A stretch of DNA of 64,000 nucleotides from Octopus vulgaris (GCA_951406725.2 OX597816.1:139810001-139874000), one strand, 5' to 3'; positions 42,031-54,930 are shown, counted from the stretch's first letter. A program made the numbers and translations. Notes: a model not told the origin generated them from the sequence alone.

Positions 42031-43138
42031 AAAATCATAAGCAAAATTATTGTTTCTACTATAAACACAAGACCTGAGATTTTGGAGGAAAGGGATTATC
42101 GCTTATATTGACACCAGTACTTGACATTTACTTATTAAATCTACTCCGAAATAAAGAATGAAAGGTGAAGTCGACCTCGATAGAATTTGAACTCAGATCG
42201 AAAAAAAAATATAGCCGAAATGCCGCAAAGCATAACTTACGTCTGGCGTACTAACGATTGTGCCAGCTCGCTGTCTGAATTATGAGCAATAAATATTTGT
42301 TCCACCACAGGCACAATGCTTGAAACTTGGGAGGAGGGGCTTAGTCGATTATATCGGCCCCAGTAGTTGACTGTTATATATTTTATCGACCCGAAAAGAT
42401 AAAAGGCAAAGTCGACCTCGACGATTATTATGAACAACAAATATGAAAACCATATCAGGTTTTACAAACTTACACACTGACCAACAAGTAACCTTGTAGT
42501 GTACTGCCCATATCTTTACACAAGGCATATCTGTACACAGCCTACATCTTTATGGTCGTAATCCTGTTATACTGGCAATCACAGATTTGACATTCTGCCA
42601 AATTACCAACATACCGAAGGTAGGAACCCCCATGTTAAAACCAGGTTAAACAACAAATAAATCAACTAGTTGGAATAAATAATTGTTATAATGAAAATAG
42701 CAGGTGATATTGATACACTAGATACTCCAGTAGTAAATTATTATTATAATGTACACCACTCTTATAATTAAGTGAACTAACATAAATCGAAACAGTGTTA
42801 GGTGAAATATTGAAATCTGAAATAGATTGTGTTTACTATGTTTACTAAGGGCAAAATAGAGATAGAAGTCTTCTGCAATTATTTTTTTTATCTTATATTT
42901 GCTTCAGTCATTGGACTGCAGTCATACTGAGGGACCACCTTGAATGTTATGATAGAAGAAATCGATCTCGGTACTGCCGAATCTCTAAGTTATGTGAACG
43001 TAAGCAAACCAACATTGCTTGTCAAGCGATAGTTGGGGGCAAACACAAAGTCACTATCACACACACACACACACAGGAATGCACACACACATACACATGT
43101 GCGAGCGCGTGCGCGTTATATTTGTCTTTGTTGTTATT

Positions 43139-43208
<70 letters not shown>

Positions 43209-43602
43209 GTTCCAGGTCTTGTGCCTATAGTAGAAAGGATTATTATTATTATTATTATTATTAGTTTATCAGAGATTTTTCGTCACTCATTCCGTGACCT
43301 CCACAATGACTTTCTGCTCCTTGAGTCTCCTCTTCTTTTAGATCTAGTCGTGTCTATTCCATTTTGTCGAATAATAATAATAAACCTTTCAACTATAGGC
43401 ACAATGCCAAAAATATGGGAGACGGAGCTAGTCGACTACATTGACCCTTAGTACTCAGCTGATTTTATCGACCCCAAAAGGATTAAAGGCAAAGACGACC
43501 ACGGCGAAACTTGAACTCAGACCATAAGGAGGGACGAAATGCCGCTAAGCATTTTGCCTGGAGTGCTAACGATTCTGCCATCTCGCCGTCTTTCTAATAA
43601 AA

Positions 43603-43661
<59 letters not shown>

Positions 43662-43811
43662 GCTAAAATGAAGATCAAGTAAATAGTGCATGTGTTTATT
43701 GGTAACAAAAATGAACATCCCCATTATCAGAAATACTGCAAAACATGTAGATGAATAGTGTGTGTTTGTGTGTGTGTGTGTGTGTGTGTTTATATATATG
43801 TATGTATATGT

Positions 43812-43834
43812 ATATATTTATATATCTCTATCTT

Positions 43835-43866
<32 letters not shown>

Positions 43867-44815
43867 TGTATGTATGTATGTATGTACGGTGGGCTTCTAG
43901 GAGGGAATGGGGTAACAAGGGGCTCTCTTTTGATCATATAAAGGTTAATAAGAATAAATCAGAAGCAAAAGGGTGAACAAAACAAAAAATTTAAAGCAAA
44001 AAGTGAAAAATCTCAAAAGAAAGCCGTAAAAAATATTTAGAACATTCTTTGGCAAAGAAATGGAAAGTCCAACTTCTGAAATGTGAATAGTTTGGAAAGA
44101 AGTTGTTAGATACCCGCAATCATCTTGATTAAAGCTAAATACAAATTTGACAACCAAATTTGAACACAGAGCGTAAAGGTTCATAATGAAATGACACAAG
44201 GCAGTTTGTCTAGCGCTCTGCCGATTCGGCCAGTTAACTGTATCATAATATCAATAATCCTTTCTATTAAAGGCACAAAGCCCAACATTTTGTGGGGAAG
44301 TCTCCAGTCGATTACATCGACCCCAATGTTTCGCTGATACTTAATTTATCGATCCGGAAAGGATGAAAGACAAAGTCGACCTTGACGGAATTTGAACTCG
44401 TAACGTAAAGATGGACGAAATGCCACTAAGCATTTTGCCCGGTATGCTAACGATTCTGCCGCCTTCATAATATCAATGATAAATTGCTAATATCATCATC
44501 TATAGCCGGTTTTCTCATCACCAAGGCAAGATTTCGCGGGTGTACGTGTGCGTGCGCGCGCTTGACAGCTGATTCTGGTTTGTTTACGTCTCCGTCAGAA
44601 TGTTCTAAATATTTCTTGCGGCTTTCTTTTGAGATTTTTCACTTTTTGCTTTGAATTTTTTGTTCCGCTCACCCTTTTGCTTCCGATTTATTCTTATCGA
44701 CCTTCATATGGGCAAAAGAGAGTCCCTTGTTGCCCCATCCCCTCCTAGAAGCCCACCGTGTATACGTACATACGTTCATACATCCATATAAAGATAGAGA
44801 TATATAAATACATAC
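43812..44815. repeat. Inverted duplication (core arms 43887-44048 and 44597-44758) with a SINE B in the spacer
   Basis: cggtgggcttctaggaggg..tttagaacattct mirrors agaatgttctaaa..ctcctagaagcccaccg; SINE B on the minus strand at about 44258-44465. Confidence 0.8.
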
Positions 44816-44971
44816 ATTCGGCAAAAGAAAGCAATACAGTAAGTCCTAGCTTTAACGAAAAATGAAAGATACTGGAATTCATTTATTTGACAAAGCTACT
44901 CAAGGCTGCACCCTATCATAGCCGCAGTCCAAAGATTATCATATATAAAAGATAAAAAAAGGACACATATA

Positions 44972-45160
44972 CAGGAGTAGCTGTGTGGTAAGTAGCTTGC
45001 TTACCAACCACATGGTTCCGGGTTCATTCCCAGTGCGTGGCACCTTGGGCAAAAGTCTTCTACTATAGCCTCGAGCCGACCAAAGCCTTGTGTGTGGATT
45101 TGATAGACGGAAACTGAAAGAAGCCCGTCGTATATATATATATATATATATATATATGTG

Positions 45161-45201
<41 letters not shown>

Positions 45202-45402
45202 TTGTGTGTCTGTGTTTGTCCCCACAACATCGCTTGTCAACCGATGCTGGTGTGTTTATGTCCCCATAACTTAGAGGTTCGCCAAAAGAGACCCATAGAC
45301 TAAGTACTAGGCTTCCAAAGAATAAGTCCTGGGGTCGACTAAAGGCGGTGCTCCAGCATGGCCGCAGTCAAATGACTGAAACAAGTAAAAGAGTAAAAGA
45401 AT
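44972..45402 (+). mobile_element. SINE family A
   Basis: Head to tail match. Confidence 0.88.
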
Positions 45403-46809
45403 ACATGCACACACACAGGTGCCAATGAGTGAGTCTTTGCAACTAAAGAACTAAAGAAATTGCAACTAAATCCTCCAAAAATATCGATTTCAAATTTTGG
45501 TACAAGAGCAGCAATTCCGGGGTGAGGGAGAGGTTGATTACATCAGCGTCTAACTAGAACTTGTTTTCTCAACCCCGAAAGGGTGAAAAGCAAGCCCAAC
45601 CTCAGCAGAATTTGAACTCAGAACATGAAGACAGACGAAATGCCGCTGAGCATTTTTTGCCTTCGCATGCTAACGAGCTGCCAGCTCACCGCCACAAATC
45701 CACCTACTGTCTTAACAAAAAGCTGGCCGCCGTTGGAACGTTTTTATTTATCATTCATTTAATTTTGATTAATTTATAGTAGGTCTTCAGGATCTAAGCT
45801 GACCTGGGGGCTAAAGTCAAGTAACAACAATAAGAAGAACAACAGTAGCATGCGTAGTGACCGCATCATACGTACAAGTGATTGGTGTCAGCCGTTATAA
45901 AGTTCCCAGTTTAAGGTGTTTCCGTTTGTCTGGGAGTTCATAGACAGAAACAGAGCAGCAGCTGGTTTAGTGTTCAGCCGCAAACACCTTTTTCATTATA
46001 TATTTATTTATTTATTTATTTATTTGTTTATTGTTGACGTATTTTCTTCTGCAAGAGGCGTGGAAACAAAGACATAGCGAAAACGGTGAGGTAATTATCT
46101 TTTTTCTTTTGAAGAGCAGAAATTGAAATAAGGAGGGTTATATATATAACGGAAAAGAGAGGGGTAGGGAGAGACAGAGAGAAAGAGAGAGTATGAAGAG
46201 ATAACTATTCGATGAGAGAGGGGAGAAAAAGGAAATAAATGTAAGATAGAGACTGAGGGCAGGAGAGCAGGAAAGATAAAATAAAAAAATAGACCCAGTG
46301 TACTAATAAGAGAAAGAGAGGGGGGAGGGGAGGCAGACAGAGAGAGATTGAGAGGGAAAGAGAGATTTGTCTTCAGTAATATGTCTTGGATAATTATTAA
46401 TTCCTTTAACTTCTAAGACTTCTGTATCCAGAATTTCCTGATTCTATGATTTACGAAAACAGCCAAATTGCAATATTACGAGGGGTTTTTTTTTCTTTTT
46501 CTTTTTACTTTTTGCTTTTTTTTTTTTTTACACCAAACATCAGCATATTAACTAGATAATAAAAAGGCAAGAATTATCACCCTCCGGGTTATTGTTGAAA
46601 AGAGAAGAAAAAAAAAAGTCTATTATAAAGGAGCCATAAATGAAAATGGAGGGGGGGGTTTCGGGGTGAGAAGGTGAGAGCTCATAGGGGTGAAAGAGGC
46701 TAACAGGGTGTTGATTAGTTGTTATGTTCTTTCAATATTGCAGATTTTTTAAATTCAAATTATCAAAAGGCTTACAGTTCGGTTTCTTTAGTTTTCTAAT
46801 TCTATGTTA

Positions 46810-46843
46810 CTGCTGCTGCTGGTGCTGTTGCTGCTGCTGCTGC

Positions 46844-46874
<31 letters not shown>

Positions 46875-46876
46875 GC
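46810..46876 (+). repeat. (CTG)n/(TTG)n trinucleotide repeat
   Basis: Seen directly. Confidence 0.9.
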
Positions 46877-47534
46877 TTGTTTCTCTTTCCTTTTTTTCTT
46901 TTTTTCTCCTTCATTTTTTTCTTTTTATTTTCTTTAGCCCCCGGACAGCTTAGAACCAGAATACTTACAACGTTGGAAGACAAAAACAAAAACGTTCCAA
47001 TGCGTACATATATGTATATGTGTATTTGTGTATATATTTATGTCTTACATGTATATGTATACACCAAGAGATTTTGTACGCGTGCATGTATGCGTACATA
47101 TATGCATATGTGTGCATTTGTGTATATATTTATATCTTATATATGTATGTCTAAATATGTATATAACTATGTACATGCATCCGTGTATTTTAGTGTATAT
47201 ATGTATATTATATATGGTCTAGTATGCGTATATACTGCTGGAAAAAAATATTTATGTAATACAGCGTGAAGATTTTTAATTTTTATTTTAATGTATTAAT
47301 TGACTTATATTTCGTATATGATTATTTACCATATGCATTTGGAATCTGTCCTTCGATTTAAGGTTTTCTTCGATTTTACAATAGGATGAATTTATACAGA
47401 ATTTATTTTGTTCATTGCAAAATCGTTAGTTGAAAGGGCCAATGAAACAAAACCATTTTCAAAGATGTATCCTTTAAGCTACTTTTTTTTGTTGTTTTTG
47501 TTTTATTATATCGTCATTTCTGTTCCATTCTAAC

Positions 47535-47580
47535 AAAACTGTCCAACGAACGGAAACGTGAAACTCTGAGTAACAGTTTT
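47535..47580 (+). ncRNA. Hammerhead-like motif with mutated core (CCAACGA)
   Basis: AAAACTGT-CCAACGA-ACG-gaaa-CGT-GAAA-CTCTGAG-TA-ACAGTTTT; 8-bp stem I; (TA)n starts ~30 bp downstream. Confidence 0.55.
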
Positions 47581-47608
47581 TGCGATACTTCTGCTGCTTT
47601 TAAATAAA

Positions 47609-47674
<66 letters not shown>

Positions 47675-47935
47675 GTACATACATACATATATACATATAT
47701 ATGTATACATACATACACACACACACGCTAAATCACGTACATACATATGTGTATGAATGTATGTACAACGTACAGTTCGGCAAATGAGACCGATAGAATA
47801 AGCCCACGACTTTAAAAATAATTTGGGGTTTGGGTCGTTCGACCAAAATTCTTCAAGGCAGTGCCCCAGCATGGCTGCAATCTAATGATTGAAACAAGTA
47901 AAAGAGAAAAGACATATATACACGTGTGCGTATGT

Positions 47936-48002
<67 letters not shown>

Positions 48003-48439
48003 TGCACTCGGGTGTGTATTAAAAGGTAGCTCCGTCGGTTTGGACGATGACCATTTAGCCGTTCGACCAACGGAATATATCCTGTCCATTGAACTAGCAT
48101 GTAAATGGCTGACTATTCCACCCCCCGATTCGTGTACTCTTAATGTAGCTCTCAAGTAAAATCAGTGTGCAAGCGTGTGTACGACAGGGCTGTGTCTTTG
48201 AACTTCACTAAAATCCATCCGACGGACTTCCGCACAGTATCCAGCTAGCGACTTACATTCACGAAACTTCAACTGACATGATCCCTTGGTAAATGATACT
48301 GGCCCAAGATGCTACACAGCGAGATCGAATCTGGAGCAAACTACTGAAACATTCGGCTTTGCTACGTCTGGTATATAATACATCTATCATATTATATATT
48401 ATATAGCATAACTTTTTATATATTACATATAGTAAAAAA

Positions 48440-48686
48440 AAGTTAAGTACAGTTCCTTCCCGAGTCATAGACTCATAAGGGCCGGTTTCCCGGTTTCATG
48501 GCGTATATATTCCCCACGTGGACGGGACGCCGGTCCGACGCAGGATTACTCATTTTTGCTAGTTGAGTGAACTGGAGCAACGTGAAATGAAGTGTTTTAC
48601 TCAAGAGCACAATATGGCGTCCGGTTCAGGAATCGAAACCATAAATTTACAATCATTAGTTCAACATCCCTAACCACTAAGCCACT
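48440..48686 (-). mobile_element. tRNA-derived SINE family C
   Basis: Minus strand gtggcttagtggttaggg..ggtttcgattcc boxes, CORE-like segment and ggcgtcccgtcca; other copies at 3590 and 32383. Confidence 0.75.
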
Positions 48687-50096
48687 ATAGTACATATAGT
48701 ATATAATATATATCTAGCATATAAGTATATATGGTTGTTGGTTAGATTCAGATTAGTCCTGATCAAGCAACTTCTCTTCAAAGGCGTTCTAGCTGTGACC
48801 ATCCCCTAATTCTAACAGACAGTTTTTACAACAACATTATGAAATATGCGCTGAGTTTGTGCGCGTGTGTGTGTGTAGAGAGAGAGAGAAAGATTTGGGT
48901 GCTATTTTTAGTCGAGCAACTTTCTAGAGTCTTCATTATTTGGCTATGATTACATTATATTAAATAAATTACACCGGAACAGGAAATTATTATTATATTA
49001 AATCTAATATATTGATTTTATTTAACGTTAGGTCAGTTCTTATCGAACAGACCTATGACCAAAGATGTTCTAGTTGTGACCATCTGTCTTTCTCTTTTCC
49101 CCTCGTTGATAATATTCATATTATATACTAGTATATATATATATATATATAATAAATATTTCTCCTCGTTCGCTAGTTGTATATTATATGAAGCTCAATA
49201 GTTATTAAAAACTCAAGGTAATTAGTTTTAATAAGTGAATAAAATTGTATTTACAGTTAGTTGAGATAATACTGGCGCTGCAGCGAGAAAAGTGTACGGT
49301 CGCAAGTCCATTTCTCTTGACCTGAAGATAGAGAACTATCAACTTTGATTTTGTGTATATGGTTGCTGTTGTTGTTGTCGAATTTATTGATTAGCGCAAG
49401 TTTTTCAACTACTTTTTACTTATGGACACCTTTCGATTACTATTTTATTTTGGTGGAACCCCATAGCCACTCTATATCTAAAAACTTTTTATAGAAACTA
49501 GTTTTATAGAAATTTCTTTCAACATTTCTTTTTTGTTTCTCACACATTATCTTGTGTAGGTTGGATTATGTAAAACGTTAGAGAAAGAAACCTAGCTGTT
49601 TCTTGCGATATATACATTTAAAGCAAACATTTTCCAGGGGTCCTTAAAATACTATTGTGGATCCCTAATTTAAAACGTTAGAGAAAGAAACCTAGCTCTT
49701 TCTTGCAATACATACCAATACATACATCTAAAGCAAAAATTTTTCGGGGGCTCTTAAAATACTATCGTCGATCCCCAATTTACTATTTTATTGCGTGAAC
49801 CCCGAAAAATCTTTTGTGGACTCTGGTTGATTACATCGTCCTCATTTAGCGTGAAGTCGATCCTGAGCAAATAGACTTATAAGCAAAAACTTTCTAACAA
49901 CGACCTTCCAACATATTTGTGAATATATAATTCTACATTTCCAAATTGGTTCCTTTTGTTTGGGACGATAGGCTGTGATTTGAGGAATATTTAGTTGTAA
50001 CTTTTAACAAATCGAATGACCACGAGAAAGCTCCCGAATTAACTAATGTGTATGATTGATTGATATATTTCAGTGTTGTGTTGGTACTCTTTAACG

Positions 50097-50655
50097 CATG
50101 GGTCGGCGAACAGGGATAAATTACCCCAAGTGGGGTACAAATGAAATTCTTGGAGGTAATGAGGACTCATTAGACATAAATAAAATTATATAAAAAATGT
50201 GCTCCTTGTTGTGACAGAGCTTTTTCTTCTGGCATGAGGAGGCAGTGAAAACGTTGCTGCCTTTTGCAAAAACCTACCTTTGCAAACAAAGGTTTTCCAC
50301 TCTAATGAACATAAAAGCAAAGCAGAGTAATCGATTCAGAACCAAAGACTGTATCCAAATTGTTCTGACATCAAAATGCCACAATTTTGACGTAATTGTA
50401 ACAAAAATGAAACATCATTTCCCCAAAATATGAAGAGAAAAAGTTTCTAAAAAAATCCTTTGGTTTCATTAGGAGGATATTAATTTGTTTTATACGTTTT
50501 ATATTTATAATTGTATCCTCCATTAATATAGATTCAATAGACCTTTTGAATTCAAAGAATCTATGATTTACTTCCTTTCAAACCAAGGGAGTAACGTCGG
50601 CATAAATAAATATATTTTGACGGGTAATTGGTTAAAAAAGTTCCCTGAACCCACG
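50097..50655 (+). mobile_element. hAT (Buster/Charlie-like) deletion derivative
   Basis: AVKTLLPFAKTYLCKQRFSTLMNIKAKQSNRF (hAT dimerisation motif LLPFxTTYLCExGFS); imperfect TIRs catgggtcggcgaac / gttccctgaacccacg. Confidence 0.75.
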
Positions 50656-51393
50656 AATCTGTAAACTGTGTATGCTGGTGTTTGTGCGCGTGTGTATATG
50701 TGTACATACGTGCTTACAAGTGCAAATTTCGAAACTGCATGTATGAAGTGCATGCATCTGCATGTAAGTGTGCGCATGTCTGCATGTAGATATTAAATAT
50801 CCACGTATATTTAAGTATGTGTAAATATGCGTGGATGCGCGCATGTGTGTATATGTGTGGCTGTATGTGTGTGTGTGAATGTATAGGGGTTATACAGCTG
50901 GTTAATCCTTACTGCCTAGCATCCACACACTCTCTATTGATTACCTCCCACTTCCTCTTTTTCTCTATATTTCTCTCTCTATTTCTCTCTCTATTTCTTT
51001 CTCTCTTTAATCTTTCTCTCTCTCACTTTTTATACCCCTTTCTCATCCACATTCAGCACAAATAAGCTAGAAATTAATTTATTCACATCAGTTCGCAGCA
51101 CTTATCACTGCTCACCTCCTCTCCAACAACAATAAGCACAAACAACAACGTTGAGGATTCTGACGAGTGGTTCTTTATGTGGCCTGGTAAAAATAGCAGC
51201 CAAATCATCCTTAACTCACGCCTTAACACCTTACAAAAGGAAGGACACATTGGGTAACGATTCCATATATATTTGGAGTATAAAGATGGAATGATCATAG
51301 CTGGGATATCTTTGCTCGTGGGTCTACTCAAATTAGGTTTGACCTCGGCCTAAACAGTATCAGCAACATAATGTAGATCAGTCAGCAAGAAAG

Positions 51394-52659
51394 GGATCTA
51401 CTTAAACTGATTCACAAAATCTGCATTTTTTAAAAGGAAGTTAAAAATCTGAAAATCGGCTGGATTAATGTAGTTTTCCACACTTATTGCTATGAAGGCA
51501 TGATGTTGTGGAGAAAAAAATTGGTGGGAAAAGTTAGAGGTTTAAAAATCGAAAAAAACTGTGTATTGTTAGCCAATAGCGAGACAGAAATTTTCTTTGT
51601 TTAGCGGTATCAACTTTAAGGTTGTACCCTGTGAAATTTATAGTTTAGCGTCTATGAAATGAGCTGTCCATTGTAGATTTATAAATAAACAGAAATATCT
51701 AATAAAATTTACCAAAGATACAGTAAGACGATACATGTTGATTTTATAAAAAAAAAAGTTGGGTGGGAAATAGGATACTCTCCTCAAAATTATTGGAAAA
51801 TGTTTTTTTTTCCGTTGAAAGAATTACGGTGACTTAATATACCACAAAACACTTTTTGTCCGGAAGGAAAACAACATTTTCCAATAATTCTGAGGAGGAG
51901 GGGGATTACTGGTCCCATCCTTTTTCCGAACAAAAATAAGCGGGTGGCGGCATATTAGGCGGTCAGGGTGGGTGATTTCACGCGAAAAATCCGAGGGTTT
52001 TTTTCTTTTGGTGAAATACATGGAGGTGCACTTGTAAAAATGTACCGTTTCTTTCGTCTCTTTGTTGATTTCTATAGTGTTTTGTATGTTTTTGTTATTT
52101 TTTAAAAATTTATTATATCAAAATATTTGTTTGCGTGTGTTTACTTTATGCGTATTTCAGTATTAGGTGTGCGGTTGTGTACTAAGTTCACCATTCGCCT
52201 TCATAATGCCAAAAAACTGTGTAAAGATTGCAAACAACTTTTGCTATATTTGCGGTGTCTTAATACTCCAAGTCACAAAGACGGCGTTTCACGCTATTGA
52301 TTAAAAAGTGTTATGAGCATTATTTTGATTGTAAAGTGGGTGACCAGGATAAAAGATGGGCCGGGTGAAATAAATCTCGTGGTGTGCAAAACACGGAACA
52401 ACGAGCGGTACTGATGCGAGTGAAGTGAAACACAACACAGCGTGCGGTTGTTATGTTAATGCCTCGCTCTCTGTTGATCGGCTAAAATTACCCAAATTTC
52501 CCAACATAAATTCAAAATAACATCAGAGTCTTTAATTTACGAAATATAGTAACTGGTTGATCGTAATCAAAATTCAGGGTTGCATCGATACACTAATATT
52601 GAAAGCAATCTGAGCAAAATTAAAAGGGGCTGAATTTGTGATTCAGTTTAACTAGATCC
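51394..52659. mobile_element. Merlin-type non-autonomous element (25-bp TIR, 8-bp TSD)
   Basis: CAAGAAAG at 51386-51393 and 52660-52667; TIRs GGATCTACTTAAACTGATTCACAAA vs GGATCTAGTTAAACTGAATCACAAA. Confidence 0.85.
52206..52368 (+). pseudogene. Chapaev3/CMC-type transposase N-terminal fragment
   Basis: MPKNCVKIANNFCYICG, frameshift, then KSQRR..IKKCYEHYFDCKVGDQDKRWA. Confidence 0.8.
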
Positions 52660-52991
52660 CAAGAAAGTAAGCCCCGTTAGAAATGGCAACCAAATCACAC
52701 CTCATTATCTTAAATAAAGAAAGGCACATTAGACAATTTTATGCTAGTTGAAGACCTCCTTCGGTCCCAAAGGACCATGGGATTGCACCTAGAAAGTTTC
52801 TCATATATATATATATATATAACATAAGGGACTAAAGCCATCTGAATATGGCTAGGGACAGGGCAGGGTGGTGGGGGTGTTACTGTTGCATTTAGCCCCA
52901 GGCGAACATCGACGTCACCAGAAAGGCTCGACACCGTCACGGTGCCCTAAACCTGCAAAGGGAGGTAATTCCCCCGATGAAGCGGAAACCA

Positions 52992-53037
52992 CACACGGAC
53001 CATGGTTTCAAGGTGTATTGCCTATCATCGGCGTGTG
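52992..53037 (-). ncRNA. Type I hammerhead ribozyme, CCGAUGA variant
   Basis: Reverse complement of 54136-54181. Confidence 0.75.
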
Positions 53038-53350
53038 GTAGGCCTCCGCTTCCTCGACGAATTCTCCTCTGCAGGATTTTCTTATATAGATTTTCAAGCA
53101 AAATACATTTGCTGATTTCGAAAATCTGTTCGAAAGCAATAATAATTCTCTAAAAGGAATATAGACAGTAACTGCTCGACAACATAAGGGACTAAAGCCA
53201 TCTGAATATGGCTAGGGACAGGGCAGGGTGGTGGGGGTGTTACTGTTGCATTTAGCCCCAGGCGAACATCGACGTCACCAGAAAGGCTCGACACCGTCAC
53301 GGTGCCCTAAACCTGCAAAGGGAGGTAATTCCCCGATGAAGCGGAAACCA

Positions 53351-53396
53351 CACACGGACCATGGTTTCAAGGTGTATTGCCTATCATCGGCGTGTG
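53351..53396 (-). ncRNA. Type I hammerhead ribozyme, CCGAUGA variant
   Basis: Reverse complement of 54136-54181. Confidence 0.75.
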
Positions 53397-54135
53397 GTAG
53401 GCCTCCGCTTCCTCGACGAATTCTCCTCTGCAGGATTTTCTTATATAGATTTTCAAGCAAAATACATTTGCTGATTTCGAAAATCTGTTCGAAAGCAATA
53501 ATAATTCTCTAAAAGGAATATAGACAGTAACTGCTCGACAACATAAGGGACTAAAGCCATCTGAATATGGCTAGGGACAGGGCAGGGTGGTGGGGGTGTT
53601 ACTGTTGCATTTAGCCCCAGGCGAACATCGACGTCACCAGAAAGGCTCGAGAAAGGCTCGACCATGGTTTCAAGGTGTACCGTCACGGTGTGGTAGGCCT
53701 ATATTCCTTTTAGAGAATTATTATTGCTTTCGAACAGATTTTCGAAATCAGCAAATGTATTTTGCTTGAAAATCTAAACCTGCAAAGAGAATTCGAGGAA
53801 GCGGAATGATAGGCAATCACCTTGAAACCATGGTCCGTGTGTGGTTTCCGCTTCATCGAATTACCTCTTGCAGGTTTAGCACCGTGACGGTGTCGAGCCT
53901 TTCTGGTGACGTCGATGTTCGCCTGGGGCTAAATGCCACACCCCCACCACGCCCTGTCCCTGGTATTCAGATGGCTTTAGTCCCTTATGTTGTCGAGCAG
54001 TTACTGCCTATATTCCTTTTAGAGAATTATTATTGCTTTCGAACAGATTTTCGAAATCAGCAAATGTATTTTGCTTGAAAATCTATATAAGAAAATCCTG
54101 CAGAGGGAGAATTCGTCGAGGAAGCGGAGGCCTAC

Positions 54136-54181
54136 CACACGCCGATGATAGGCAATACACCTTGAAACCATGGTCCGTGTG
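54136..54181 (+). ncRNA. Type I hammerhead ribozyme, CCGAUGA variant
   Basis: CACACG-CCGATGA-T-AGG-caataca-CCT-T-GAAA-C-CATG-G-TC-CGTGTG; predicted GUC cleavage after 54175. Confidence 0.75.
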
Positions 54182-54495
54182 TGGTTTCCGCTTCATCGGG
54201 GAATTACCTCCCTTTGCAGGTTTAGGGCACCGTGACGGTGTCGAGCCTTTCTGGTGACGTCGATGTTCGCCTGGGGCTAAATGCAACAGTAACACCCCCA
54301 CCACCCTGCCCTGTCCCTAGCCATATTCAGATGGCTTTAGTCCCTTATGTTGTCGAGCAGTTACTGTCTATATTCCTTTTAGAGAATTATTATTGCTTTC
54401 GAACAGATTTTCGAAATCAGCAAATGTATTTTGCTTGAAAATCTATATAAGAAAATCCTGCAGAGGGAGAATTCGTCGAGGAAGCGGAGGCCTAC

Positions 54496-54541
54496 CACAC
54501 GCCGATGATAGGCAATACACCTTGAAACCATGGTCCGTGTG
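54496..54541 (+). ncRNA. Type I hammerhead ribozyme, CCGAUGA variant
   Basis: Identical to 54136-54181, 360 bp downstream. Confidence 0.75.
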
Positions 54542-54930
54542 TGGTTTCCGCTTCATCGGGGAATTACCTCCCTTTGCAGGTTTAGGGCACCGTGACGGTG
54601 TCGAGCCTTTCTGGTGACGTCGATGTTCGCCTGGGGCTAAATGCAACAGTAACACCCCCACCACCCTGCCCTGTCCCTAGCCATATTCAGATGGCTTTAG
54701 TCCCTTATGTTGTCGAGCAGTTACTGTCTATATTCCTTTTAGAGAATTATTATTGCTATATATATATATATATATATATAATATCAATGCAAAGTCACTT
54801 TGATCCGCGAAAGAGAGGTGCAGCCAATGGTAAGTATCCAAGAGGTAAAGAAAATCCAAGGTAGAGGTAAGTGTTGATAGTGGTATTTGGTAGAATATAG
54901 GATGAAAGTGAGACCACGTGAGCGCATAAT

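Larger units (their letters stand above)
52821..53650 (-). repeat. Left arm of the 360-bp hammerhead repeat array (2.3 units)
   Basis: aacataagggact recurs at 52821, 53181 and 53540; units near-identical; abuts (TA)n at 52803-52820. Confidence 0.95.
53700..54757 (+). repeat. Right arm of the 360-bp array (one degraded unit, two full units, one partial)
   Basis: Full units 53992-54351 and 54352-54711; partial to 54757, then (TA)n. Confidence 0.95.

Noticed and set aside
46724-47269. Poly-Cys or poly-Gln ORF and possible exon near 46938-47002
   Set aside because: Driven by a trinucleotide repeat; splice signals conflict between strands; no homology recognised
52965-53012. Second hammerhead on the opposite strand of the unit (CCGATGA-AGCG-GAAACCA..TGGTT)
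   Set aside because: No stem II and no stem I pairing; these bases are explained by the extended rod stem
52821-54757. CRISPR array or rDNA interpretation
   Set aside because: No unique spacers, no rRNA or 5S similarity recognised, eukaryotic context
52710-54864. Repeated 60-94 aa ORFs in the 360-bp array
   Set aside because: Mostly non-ATG starts, no domain resemblance, and frames altered by 1-nt indels between units
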